From NCBI GenBank assembly GCA_052034685.1, contig JBPOIH010000007.1:13249-77248 (forward strand): a DNA stretch of 64,000 nucleotides, read 5' to 3'. The notes under the pieces are model-generated. The model saw only the letters and a list, made by a program, of their open reading frames with translations. It searched no databases and was not told the DNA's origin. Position numbers and translations under genes: made by a program. The DNA is from Patescibacteria group bacterium (GTDB lineage: Bacteria > Patescibacteriota > Saccharimonadia > Saccharimonadales > CAYUUR01). Position 1 is the stretch's first letter, and each line of letters begins with the position of its first letter. Positions 17,938 to 26,393 of the stretch are shown here, piece after piece.

Positions 17938-18828
17938 ATGGACAGTAAAACTAGACTAACTAAACAGCAATTCGATTTACTCAGATTCATATATTCACAT
18001 AGGTTTGTAACGACGAAACAGGTACAAAGATATCTAGCTAAGAGCCATATTCAGGAAGCACAGCAAAGACTAAATACTTTACTAGCTAAACAGTATATTG
18101 GTCGCAGATACAGTAGCGATGACAAGTTACTTGGACGCTACGCTAGCTACTTTCTCTTACCGGACGGCATGGAACTTATTAAAGGCCATGCCGACCTTAA
18201 AGCCCTACGACTGATGCATAAAGATCCGACTGCTTCTCAGCGATTCATTGACCACAATATTGCCGTTGGGGATGTAGCCGCAGACATAAAACATATGCTC
18301 AAAGACGTACTGGATGAAGTAGATTTCCATACCAAGACCGATATTATGTACCAGTCCAGAGTTGAATACGAAAGTAATTGGGACGGCAGTGATGACTTTG
18401 AGGTTATGACCGATTTCTACACCAAGCCAATGCCAGACGGCCATTTACAAGGCTGGCCAGTTGACTACGAAAATGTAACTTTTATCGGCTTTTTTGTTGA
18501 GGTATGGCACGACAGCGTACCGTTCTGGGTCTACCGCAAACGAATACAGTATCTTATTGAATACACCGACGACGAAACCTGGCAGGAATATAACAGTGGT
18601 AGTGACACTCCACCCTTTTTGCTAGTTTGCGACAATCCAACCTTACAACGGCGTGTGCAGCGATATCTACGCAGAATTTACGATAGTGTAAGTCATGACT
18701 ACCAATTCTTAGTCACAAACCGACAGTTATTAGCTGAAGCCAAAAGTAACGATGCTATTTGGACAAGAGTGGACGATGAAGTTACAGAGACTATACAGTT
18801 GACGGATGTGCCGGAGGGGTATGAGTAG
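17938..18828 (+). CDS. Replication-relaxation (Replic_Relax) family winged-helix protein, transposon cargo
   Basis: 296 aa. The N-terminus LTKQQFDLLRFIYSHRFVTTKQVQRYL matches the L-T-x-x-D/Q-x-x-I/L-L-x-x-L-x-x-H-R-V/F-x-T-T-x-Q-L/V signature of plasmid replication-relaxation proteins. This call is from memory of the family. Confidence 0.55.
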   Translation: MDSKTRLTKQQFDLLRFIYSHRFVTTKQVQRYLAKSHIQEAQQRLNTLLAKQYIGRRYSSDDKLLGRYASYFLLPDGMELIKGHADLKALRLMHKDPTASQRFIDHNIAVGDVAADIKHMLKDVLDEVDFHTKTDIMYQSRVEYESNWDGSDDFEVMTDFYTKPMPDGHLQGWPVDYENVTFIGFFVEVWHDSVPFWVYRKRIQYLIEYTDDETWQEYNSGSDTPPFLLVCDNPTLQRRVQRYLRRIYDSVSHDYQFLVTNRQLLAEAKSNDAIWTRVDDEVTETIQLTDVPEGYE

Positions 18829-18854
18829 AGGCGAGACATAGTATAATTACCTCT

Positions 18855-19388
18855 ATGAACGCATATCATATAACTGGCGCATCGGGTTCGGGCAAAAGTC
18901 ATGTTGGACGTGAGCTCGGTAAAAGAGGCTTTCGTGTAATCGAGACTGACTTTGAGCCAGGCTTAAGCGATTGGGCTCACAAAGAAACTCGACAAAGGGC
19001 TGAGGAACCGAGACAACCATTTCCAACTGAATGGGTTGAAGCACACGGTTGGTACTGGGACAGAGATAAAATGCATGAACTCGTTGAAGGCACTGGCGAT
19101 GTTCCAGTATTCTTCGTGGGTGGGGCTCACAATGAAACAGAGTTCTATCCGCTATTCCGAAAACGTTTTGGTTTATTTATAGATGATAAAGACGAGCTGA
19201 CCAGAAGGCTGCAGGAGCGTGAACCGGAAAGATGGATTGACGGTTCGCAAGAGCTTACGAATGTACTGGAATGGAATGACAAATCCAGAGCATTCAATGA
19301 GCAGCACGGTGCGATATCCATAGACAGCTCACAACCTGTTGAAACTATTGCCGACGTTATACTTAAGCATGTAGACGGAGATACGTAA
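18855..19388 (+). CDS. Small P-loop kinase (AAA_33; TmrB/chloramphenicol-phosphotransferase/gluconokinase-like), transposon cargo
   Basis: 177 aa. Walker A HITGASGSGKSHVGREL resembles TmrB INGAFGSGKTQTAFEL and GntK GVSGSGKS. Its size matches CPT/TmrB-type small-molecule kinases. Its stop overlaps the next ATG as TAATG. Confidence 0.65.
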   Translation: MNAYHITGASGSGKSHVGRELGKRGFRVIETDFEPGLSDWAHKETRQRAEEPRQPFPTEWVEAHGWYWDRDKMHELVEGTGDVPVFFVGGAHNETEFYPLFRKRFGLFIDDKDELTRRLQEREPERWIDGSQELTNVLEWNDKSRAFNEQHGAISIDSSQPVETIADVILKHVDGDT

Positions 19389-21274
19389 TGAAGCCAGAGA
19401 CAACCATACGTCCGTACACTCCTGAAGACATACCGAGCATGCACAACGTGGCAATTCGTGCAGCAGAGCACGATAGTGTAGACCCACTGTCTACTCTTGA
19501 GTCAATGCCCTCGTTGGAACAAATAGTAGAGTCTTTGGAAAGTAATAACACTGATCCAAATTCAGATGTGTTTGTGGCGGTGGATGAAAAAACAAAAGAT
19601 ATAGTCGGTTATGGCAAAATTGGCTGGTGGCAAGAAGAAGACGGTACCTTTGTCTATATTCACCAAGGACAAGTTGATCCAAAACACAGAGGCCACGGTG
19701 TCGGTCAAGAGCTTTTGCAAACACTACAATCTAGGATACGAGAAGTTGCTAACGGTCATCCAGAAGACAAACCTAAAACTTTTGGAGCTAATGCGAGTGA
19801 GTCTGAAGAAGGAGCATTAAAACTGCTCGAAAAAGATGGTTACAAAAAGGTGTGGTCACAAGTGGAGATGGAATTTACAGATTTTGACGATCTAAATGCC
19901 GTTGAACAACCGGAGGGTTTCGAATTTAGAGCTCCTACAACACTTGAGGAAAGACGAAAAGTTTATGAATTGAACGTTCGTGTATATGAAGGCCGTCCAG
20001 GGGCAGTTCCAGCTTCAGAAGAAGGCTTTCAAGAATTTCTCGAAGAAAATGCCGACCTTTCATTATGGAAAGTCGCATGGGATGGTGACAATATTGCCGG
20101 GTTTGTACTTGGCCGTTCCGACAAAGATAAGGGTGAGGTCACAGAGGTAGCCACTGCCCCAGAGTATCGACGTAGAGGTCTCGGTAAATGGTTAATGACT
20201 GAAAATATAAAAGCTCTTCACGAACAAGGGAATGAAATCATTCGTCTACACACCAACTCTGACGGTGCTCAAGGTGGAAGACAGCTTTATGAAAGCATGG
20301 GCTTCTCTGCACTCAAAGAAAGTCATAGATTACGCAAACCACTGAGAGAGTCAAAAATCAATCCTGAAGAAGTTGAAGCAGACACCATAGACGCAAACGA
20401 AAGCTGGCAAGCTGTCGAGCAACAGCTACCCCATATCAAAGATGTTGAAGGTGGCTTTAGTAAAGCTCAGCGTGGACTCGTGACCCTGCCAGACGGCAAA
20501 GAGGTGTTCGTTAAGGTTGGCACAGCAGAGAATACTCGGATTTGGGCACGAAAAGAAGTCGCCGTGTATAAGGCTTTAGAGGCTCATGGCTTCGAGCACA
20601 GCCCACGACTTATTGCTGCAAATGCTGATGGTTCAGCCTTTGCCCTTGAAGCCTTTAGTCCCGAAGATGGTTGGGATTGGCAAGATAACTGGACTGCTGA
20701 AAGATTAGCAGCAACACTCAAAGCCATGGATGACTTGGCAGCTATTGAGCTTAGCGATGCTGAGCGTACTATATTCATTAAAAGCAGTATTAGCCAGGAT
20801 GAAGATGGCTGGCGACCACTTTTAGAGTCACCCGAAATGCAGGAAATATTACGGCATAAACTCCATGGAGTAGGTGCGGACGATATCGCACAAAGTATTG
20901 ATTTTACTGCTGATACAGACAAAGCCAGCAGGTATGACTTCGCTGATGATGCGCTTGTACACTACGATCTTAGGGCCGATAACTGTGCGTGGAATGCAGA
21001 GACTGGACAGGTTCGTTTAGTTGATTGGAACTGGGCACAATTTGGTGATAGAGATATTGACCTGGCAGCCACTCTAACGCACGTTCAAAAGTCCGGTTTT
21101 GATATTCCTGTTGAGCTTATTGAAAAAGTAAACCCTGATGCATTTCACTGGATGGCTGGCTTCTGGCTTAATGCTGCTGCAACACCGATTTGGGAAGGTG
21201 GCTCTGAGAGTTTACGTGACCTACAGCTACTTTCTGGGATTACGGCACTCAGATTAGCAAAGGCCAAGCAGTGA
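19388..21274 (+). CDS. Tandem GNAT N-acetyltransferase fused to an aminoglycoside-phosphotransferase-like kinase domain (628 aa), transposon cargo
   Basis: GNAT motif A appears twice: QVDPKHRGHGVGQELL at aa 95-110 and VATAPEYRRRGLGKWLM at aa 254-270. The C-terminal roughly 290 aa carry APH/choline-kinase catalytic motifs: HYDLRADN (HxDxxxxN) and LVDWNWAQFGD (the DW..A Mg-binding loop). Confidence 0.75.
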   Translation: MKPETTIRPYTPEDIPSMHNVAIRAAEHDSVDPLSTLESMPSLEQIVESLESNNTDPNSDVFVAVDEKTKDIVGYGKIGWWQEEDGTFVYIHQGQVDPKHRGHGVGQELLQTLQSRIREVANGHPEDKPKTFGANASESEEGALKLLEKDGYKKVWSQVEMEFTDFDDLNAVEQPEGFEFRAPTTLEERRKVYELNVRVYEGRPGAVPASEEGFQEFLEENADLSLWKVAWDGDNIAGFVLGRSDKDKGEVTEVATAPEYRRRGLGKWLMTENIKALHEQGNEIIRLHTNSDGAQGGRQLYESMGFSALKESHRLRKPLRESKINPEEVEADTIDANESWQAVEQQLPHIKDVEGGFSKAQRGLVTLPDGKEVFVKVGTAENTRIWARKEVAVYKALEAHGFEHSPRLIAANADGSAFALEAFSPEDGWDWQDNWTAERLAATLKAMDDLAAIELSDAERTIFIKSSISQDEDGWRPLLESPEMQEILRHKLHGVGADDIAQSIDFTADTDKASRYDFADDALVHYDLRADNCAWNAETGQVRLVDWNWAQFGDRDIDLAATLTHVQKSGFDIPVELIEKVNPDAFHWMAGFWLNAAATPIWEGGSESLRDLQLLSGITALRLAKAKQ

Positions 21275-21421
21275 CAGCAAAAAAGAAATCCGAAGTTCCG
21301 AAGAAGATCATTGTAGATGTTTCAGAAAACAGCCCAATGGGAAAATTTCATAAGGCTATGAAAAAGATCGTGTCTGTTTCTAAAGAAAAACTGAAAGATA
21401 AATAGATCATGTCCAAGGCAC

Positions 21422-21658
21422 TTATTTTGAACATTGATTAGTCAAGTATATTAGTGCTATTTCACTGTTTTCTTGGTAGGCGCCACTAATGCAGTCAGGC
21501 CCGTCGATTGCCACCCTTAAGCGTTGACGTCGTTGCATGAACTCTCTGAATTCACACAGCTTGCGTTGTTGCTCGTCTTCTAGGGCGCTATAAGTCACCA
21601 ACTCAATGCCCGGCATAGCACGACTCAACAGATTATCATCTGGTCTTTGACTCTCCAT
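21422..21658 (-). CDS. Small hypothetical ORF (78 aa) downstream of tig. Its last 12 codons run through the transposon's right inverted repeat.
   Basis: MESQRPDDNLLSRAMPGIELVTYSALEDEQQRKL... Reconstructing the pre-insertion sequence gives ...QENSEIV-stop instead of ...QENSEIALIYLTNQCSK-stop. Confidence 0.3.
   Translation of the reverse strand: MESQRPDDNLLSRAMPGIELVTYSALEDEQQRKLCEFREFMQRRQRLRVAIDGPDCISGAYQENSEIALIYLTNQCSK
21433..21459. repeat. Right terminal inverted repeat (27 bp)
   Basis: ATTGATTAGTCAAGTATATTAGTGCTA is the reverse complement of 16816..16842. It is followed by the right target-site-duplication copy tttcac at 21460..21465. Confidence 0.85.
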
Positions 21659-21663
21659 AACTG

Positions 21664-22956
21664 CTACTTCGTTGCGTACGTAACTAATGATTCGATAGTT
21701 TTTTCCGTAATCATGCGGGAGCCGATCTCACGCTGGTTTTCAGGCTTATCAAGCTCAGCCTGCATAGCAGCGTCCTGATACTGACCTTTTAGAAGCTGCA
21801 AACGAACTTGTAACTCATCCGGTGTTATTTGGATGTTTTCTTGATCTGATACTTCTGCCAATACTAAACCGGCCTTGACGCGCATTTCTGCTTGAGGTGC
21901 CAATGTCTTAGTCCGATAGTCAGACTCACTGACGCCTTCTGATTCTAGGAATTCTTGCCAGGTCTGCCCGCGGTATAGGATATTCTGTTGCTGTTCTTTC
22001 AAAAGTGCATCGACCTGCTCATCTACCAGAACTTGCGGAACAGAAAGCTTAGTCTGGGCTACAATCTTCTCTATCAGTGCCTGTTCGTAGTCGCGCATGA
22101 TGTTTGTCTGGCGCTCTTGGGTCAGTTGCGCCTTGATGTCACGCTTTAGGTCAGCCAAGGTCTTAAATGGGCCTACAGAAGCGGCAAAAGAATCATCAAC
22201 AGTAGGTTCAATCAACTCTTCTACTTTTTTAATGGTTACCGCAAAGTTAACGACTTTGCCTGCGAGCGCCTTTACGCCGTAATCTTTAGGAAAAGTTATG
22301 TCAAACTTGAATGGCTTACCTGCAAGGTTACCAATAACTTTGTCTTCAAAACCTGGGATAAAGCTGTTGCTACCAAGAATAAGCGGGTAGTCGTTGCCTT
22401 CAGCACCCTTGATAGCTTCGCCTTTTTTGTTGGTTCCCTTGAAGTCAATCGTCGCTTGATCGCCTTTTTTGGCGGCACGCTTAACTTCTTTACGTTCAGC
22501 TGCACGAGAACGCAATGAATCGAGAACTTCTGTAACATCTTTTTCGGTTACTGAGGCTTTCTTGAGTGGCATTTTTATCTTTTTGTAGTCTGGAAGTATA
22601 ACCTTACCAATGACTGATACAACAGTTTCAAATTCGAGGTTTGTATACGGCACAAACTTTTTGATTGAAACATCAGGGCGAGCCACAGGGCGAATCTTGT
22701 GCTCATCGAGTGCCTGTACGTAAAAGGCATTAACGGCATCTTCGATGACTTCCGTTTCAAGAAGTGACTGGTCAACATTCTTTTCAATAATATTCAGTGG
22801 GGCTTTGCCTTCTCTAAAGCCGGCGACCTTGACCTTTGCGCCAAGCTTTTTGAGTGCACGTTGCTTAATTGGGCTGAGGTCTGCTTCAGATAACGTAAAG
22901 GTTAGAGTTGTTTGTGTGTCGCTGAGTTGTTTCTTGGATATATGCATAGACGCCAA
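21664..22956 (-). CDS. tig: Trigger factor
   Basis: 430 aa with GFREGKAP, a PPIase-like middle domain and a C-terminal arm. The start could be 22944 (MHISKK). Confidence 0.9.
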   Translation of the reverse strand: MASMHISKKQLSDTQTTLTFTLSEADLSPIKQRALKKLGAKVKVAGFREGKAPLNIIEKNVDQSLLETEVIEDAVNAFYVQALDEHKIRPVARPDVSIKKFVPYTNLEFETVVSVIGKVILPDYKKIKMPLKKASVTEKDVTEVLDSLRSRAAERKEVKRAAKKGDQATIDFKGTNKKGEAIKGAEGNDYPLILGSNSFIPGFEDKVIGNLAGKPFKFDITFPKDYGVKALAGKVVNFAVTIKKVEELIEPTVDDSFAASVGPFKTLADLKRDIKAQLTQERQTNIMRDYEQALIEKIVAQTKLSVPQVLVDEQVDALLKEQQQNILYRGQTWQEFLESEGVSESDYRTKTLAPQAEMRVKAGLVLAEVSDQENIQITPDELQVRLQLLKGQYQDAAMQAELDKPENQREIGSRMITEKTIESLVTYATK

Positions 22957-22998
22957 CTATAACAGATGGCGTCTACTTTTTCTAGCCTTCTGAGCAGG

Positions 22999-24309
22999 CT
23001 AAGTATCCTTGCGGAAATCTTTGATGATTGTCACGACGCGCTGTAAGCTGTGACGTTCTTCTTCGCCGCTCATAATGTCTTTGAGCGTGTACTGCTGATC
23101 TTTGAGCTCGTTCTCACCAATAAACAACATGTAGCGAATGCCTTTTTTGGCAGCCTGCTTAATCTGCTTTTCTGCTTTTCGCCCTGACGGATCAACAGCA
23201 ACAGCCACACCCATCTCACGCAGTTCGGCAATGACTCGTTGCGCCGGAGCGTAAACATCGCCAATTAATGCTACATAAACTTTGGTTTCCGGTTTTAGTG
23301 CCGGCAGTAATTTATGTGTCTCTAAGAAGTTCTGTAACGTTACGTCGCCCATTCCAAAGCCAACAGTAGCCACCTCTTCAACGCCAAAGAGACCAACCAA
23401 GCCGTCATAACGACCACCACCAAACATAGAACGGTTGTTTTCTGGGTCTGTATCAAATACTTCAAAAACAATATCCGTGTAGTAGTCAAAACCGCGCATC
23501 AGTGTGATATCAAAGGTCACATTTGTTACCAAAGAATCACTCAACATAGCCATGAGCTTAGTTAGTTCTACAACTGAAGGATGCGCTTTAAGTTCATCAG
23601 GCAAATGTTTGAGGTCTTTAACTTTCAACAATGCTGTTAATTTGTCTTCTGTGCCGTCTTCGCGTTGAGACATACTCAGGATTGCATCAAGTTGCGCGGT
23701 AAATGCCGCCGGCTCTAGCTTGTGCATGCGATCAATCAGCTTTATCAGACTGTACGCTTGGGTTTGTGCCAAGCCAAGATACTCCATTAACGCTGCGTCG
23801 ATAAGTTTACGACTGTTCAAACGAAACAGGTATGTCTCAGGTTTTGCACCAAAGGCCTTCATTATGGCGTCAGCCGTCATAATCAGCTCATGCTCGGCCT
23901 CAATGCCTGGCAAACCAAAGAGGTCAACGTTCAACTGCCAGTGTTCGCGCAAACGACCACGCTGCGGCCGCTCATAACGCCACAAGTTGGGGATTGAATA
24001 CCAACGTACTGGGTAGGCCAGCTCTTGGCGACGACCGGCCACCATCCTAGAAACTGTCGGCGTCATCTCTGGCCGTATGGCAACTTTACGGCCGCCACGA
24101 TCCTCAAAGGTGTAGGTTTGTTCATTGACAATCTCTTCGCCTGATTTAGCGGCGTACAGTTCAAGTGGCTCCAATATTGGCGCATCGTACTCTTCGTAGC
24201 CGTATTTCTCTACCACAGAACGCATCACACCAAACATGTACTTTTGTTTGCGCTTGTCCTCCGGGTAAAAATCTCGGGCCCCTTTGTATGGCTGGGTAGA
24301 TAAACTCAT
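22999..24309 (-). CDS. hisS: Histidine--tRNA ligase
   Basis: 436 aa with GARDFYP, RYERPQRGRLREHWQ and GGGRYDGL (class II motifs 1-3). Confidence 0.95.
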   Translation of the reverse strand: MSLSTQPYKGARDFYPEDKRKQKYMFGVMRSVVEKYGYEEYDAPILEPLELYAAKSGEEIVNEQTYTFEDRGGRKVAIRPEMTPTVSRMVAGRRQELAYPVRWYSIPNLWRYERPQRGRLREHWQLNVDLFGLPGIEAEHELIMTADAIMKAFGAKPETYLFRLNSRKLIDAALMEYLGLAQTQAYSLIKLIDRMHKLEPAAFTAQLDAILSMSQREDGTEDKLTALLKVKDLKHLPDELKAHPSVVELTKLMAMLSDSLVTNVTFDITLMRGFDYYTDIVFEVFDTDPENNRSMFGGGRYDGLVGLFGVEEVATVGFGMGDVTLQNFLETHKLLPALKPETKVYVALIGDVYAPAQRVIAELREMGVAVAVDPSGRKAEKQIKQAAKKGIRYMLFIGENELKDQQYTLKDIMSGEEERHSLQRVVTIIKDFRKDT

Positions 24310-24311
24310 AT

Positions 24312-25262
24312 TTATATCTCCAGTATCTCACAGCTAATACGATTTTTCACGTCTAGCTTAATTATTGAACCAATTGGGACAGTGAACATTGGAACGCTAT
24401 GACCAAAGTCCATATTTGAAACAACTGGTATATTTCCCAATTCAGCACGTCGGATCGAATCTTTTATATCATTAAAGCTTACTTTGCTAGTAGGTAAAAA
24501 ACGGCCAACCATAACACCAACTATGTTTTTTCGTGCTCCAGGTTGTTGCAGTATAGACTCAAGTCTCCTGTTGAATTCACGAGCTGTGTACTTCCCAGCT
24601 TCATCATCATCTTCTAACAGTAAAACTGTAGGCAGGTCAAACTTTGGCATATACGGAGTGCCCTGTAGTAAGTAAAACGTGCCGAGATTTCCGCCGATCG
24701 CAACGCCTTGTGCGTTCCCGGGCTGAATTATCTTCCAGGCTGTGCTAAACCGGTTTCGGTTACGCGGGCTCCAGCTCTGACTCTTACTCAGCTTGATAGG
24801 CACTTCTTTGTTAATCACCGCATCGAAAAAACTATAGGTGTAATCAGATTCAAATCTTTCGGACAAAAGTCCTAGTGTTGGTCCAAGCAAGCCATTCTTG
24901 GTGCCAGTCTTAGCGTAAATTGCGTTTACTAATGCAGTTATGTCTGAAAACCCAACCAGTGGTTTTGGGTTGTCTTTGATAATCTGCCAGTTGATGCGCG
25001 GCAGGATGGCATTCACAGACCACCCCCCGCTATAACACAAGATCATATCAACTCCTTTATCGAGGTATGCAGCCTCCAGGTCACTCACCCGATCTTGGAC
25101 GGAGGCAGTACCAAACCGTTGTGTTTTGCTAATATTTTGACCGAAGCTAAGTACATAGCCACGTTTCTTTAGCGTCTCTACTGCCCATTTTTTCCTAACC
25201 ATACTACTGCTGTCGCTGCCCGACGACGGCGCAATAATACGAATACTTGTTAGTTTACGCAT
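24312..25262 (-). CDS. LD-carboxypeptidase (peptidase S66, LdcA/MccF family)
   Basis: Nucleophile elbow GFSDITAL, acidic LLLEDDDE, and His in MDFGHSVP. I took the start at MRKLTSIRIIAPSS. The track extends to 25310. Confidence 0.8.
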   Translation of the reverse strand: MRKLTSIRIIAPSSGSDSSSMVRKKWAVETLKKRGYVLSFGQNISKTQRFGTASVQDRVSDLEAAYLDKGVDMILCYSGGWSVNAILPRINWQIIKDNPKPLVGFSDITALVNAIYAKTGTKNGLLGPTLGLLSERFESDYTYSFFDAVINKEVPIKLSKSQSWSPRNRNRFSTAWKIIQPGNAQGVAIGGNLGTFYLLQGTPYMPKFDLPTVLLLEDDDEAGKYTAREFNRRLESILQQPGARKNIVGVMVGRFLPTSKVSFNDIKDSIRRAELGNIPVVSNMDFGHSVPMFTVPIGSIIKLDVKNRISCEILEI

Positions 25263-26076
25263 CAGTGTTTCCTGCCTTAGCACCAGCAGTGCTGATTCTT
25301 CCTGTTTCAAGTAACTGCGTCGCTTCGTCTTGACTTAAGAATGCCAGATCAGCCCAGTCACGTTTTTGCGCCGACAACACATTTGTTACTAATGGATAGA
25401 CTCCTAATTTTTCCTGGACTTCTGCAGCGGCAGGCCGAGACACTTCGGATGTAAAGCCCGATGGCGGTGGCGCAAATAAAACCGCCCGCCCGGAAGCATA
25501 AAGCGCCATCGATGCCAGGTAATAGAACGGTGCTTTGTTAGGGACCAAAGGCGTCCATCCAAACCTTTCCGCCTGTAAACGATACCAACCACCAAAGTCA
25601 ACAATTAGACTGTCGGGACTTTCTCGTTCAATATTACGAAGTACAGCCTTGCGAATTCCCATCCAGTAATCGGTAATGTCAAGTTCAGGATAAACTGTCT
25701 TAGCATCTCCGACTGCTCCATCTCGTTCTTCTGTTGGCACTACCCATTTGCGTACTTCCTGTCTCTTTGGAAGTTTAAGCGGAGCGCGGTAACAATCAAC
25801 AATGCCAGAATTTGACGTTACGTACTGAGAGTCTTTGTAGGTTGCGATCATAGTAGCAAAACCAGCTTTGCTAGCTTTTGCAAGAAACTCAACCTCGCGT
25901 TCTGTACCTTTAGCCAAATATGGCGCAAATACAGCAAGAGGCCTATTCTGTCCTTCAAAACCTGGCGGCAAACTTGCTCCAAAAAACTCCATAACTCGTT
26001 CTTGTATTTCTCTGTCTTCTATTCTTTCTTGAGCAACATCAAATGCTTGCTCTGGGGTTATGTATTCTAAACTCAT
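25255..26076 (-). CDS. Hypothetical protein (273 aa), 8-nt overlap with the LD-carboxypeptidase gene
   Basis: I took the start at MSLEYITPEQ, which has a TAGGAGAAAA Shine-Dalgarno. The track extends to 26145. I recognise no motif in it. Confidence 0.5.
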   Translation of the reverse strand: MSLEYITPEQAFDVAQERIEDREIQERVMEFFGASLPPGFEGQNRPLAVFAPYLAKGTEREVEFLAKASKAGFATMIATYKDSQYVTSNSGIVDCYRAPLKLPKRQEVRKWVVPTEERDGAVGDAKTVYPELDITDYWMGIRKAVLRNIERESPDSLIVDFGGWYRLQAERFGWTPLVPNKAPFYYLASMALYASGRAVLFAPPPSGFTSEVSRPAAAEVQEKLGVYPLVTNVLSAQKRDWADLAFLSQDEATQLLETGRISTAGAKAGNTDA

Positions 26077-26112
26077 TTCTTTTCTCCTAAAATTTATATT
26101 CAAAAAAGTAAA

Positions 26113-26140
26113 AACGCCGGGTGACCGGCGTTTTATGAAA
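26113..26140 (-). terminator. Rho-independent terminator downstream of tRNA-Leu
   Basis: CGCCGG-gtga/tcac-CCGGCG hairpin. On the minus strand it is followed by TTTTTACTTTTTT. Confidence 0.65.
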
Positions 26141-26250
26141 TTCAAGAGAATAGAAAACTAACCGATCAGCTCCGGCGATATATGTGATTGCGACTGGTTA
26201 GTTTGAGTAAACATAATGTATATAATAGCACAATAATCGTACTAGGTCAA

Positions 26251-26335
26251 TGGTGGGCGAGAAAGGACTTGAACCTTCACATCTTGCGATACTAGTTCCT
26301 AAGACTAGCGCGTCTACCAATTCCGCCACTCGCCC
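26251..26335 (-). tRNA. tRNA-Leu (anticodon UAG), type II with a long variable arm and an encoded CCA
   Basis: Folded by hand: GGGCGAG acceptor stem pairing with CUCGCCC; D-arm GGCGGAAUUGGUAGACGCG; anticodon stem CUAGU/ACUAG with loop CUUAGGA; long variable arm; T-arm GGUUCAAGUCC; 3-prime ACCA. Confidence 0.9.
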
Positions 26336-26393
26336 ACAAAATACCATTTGTTAATCGTGTAGTTGCTACTCGCGCACAAAATACTTGCATATT

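Larger units (their letters stand above)
16816..21459 (+). mobile_element. IS1595-family transposon carrying three cargo genes (about 4.64 kb)
   Basis: It has perfect 27-bp terminal inverted repeats, a flanking tttcac direct repeat, a transposase gene adjacent to the left repeat, and three co-oriented cargo ORFs. It is inserted between tig and clpP. Confidence 0.8.
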
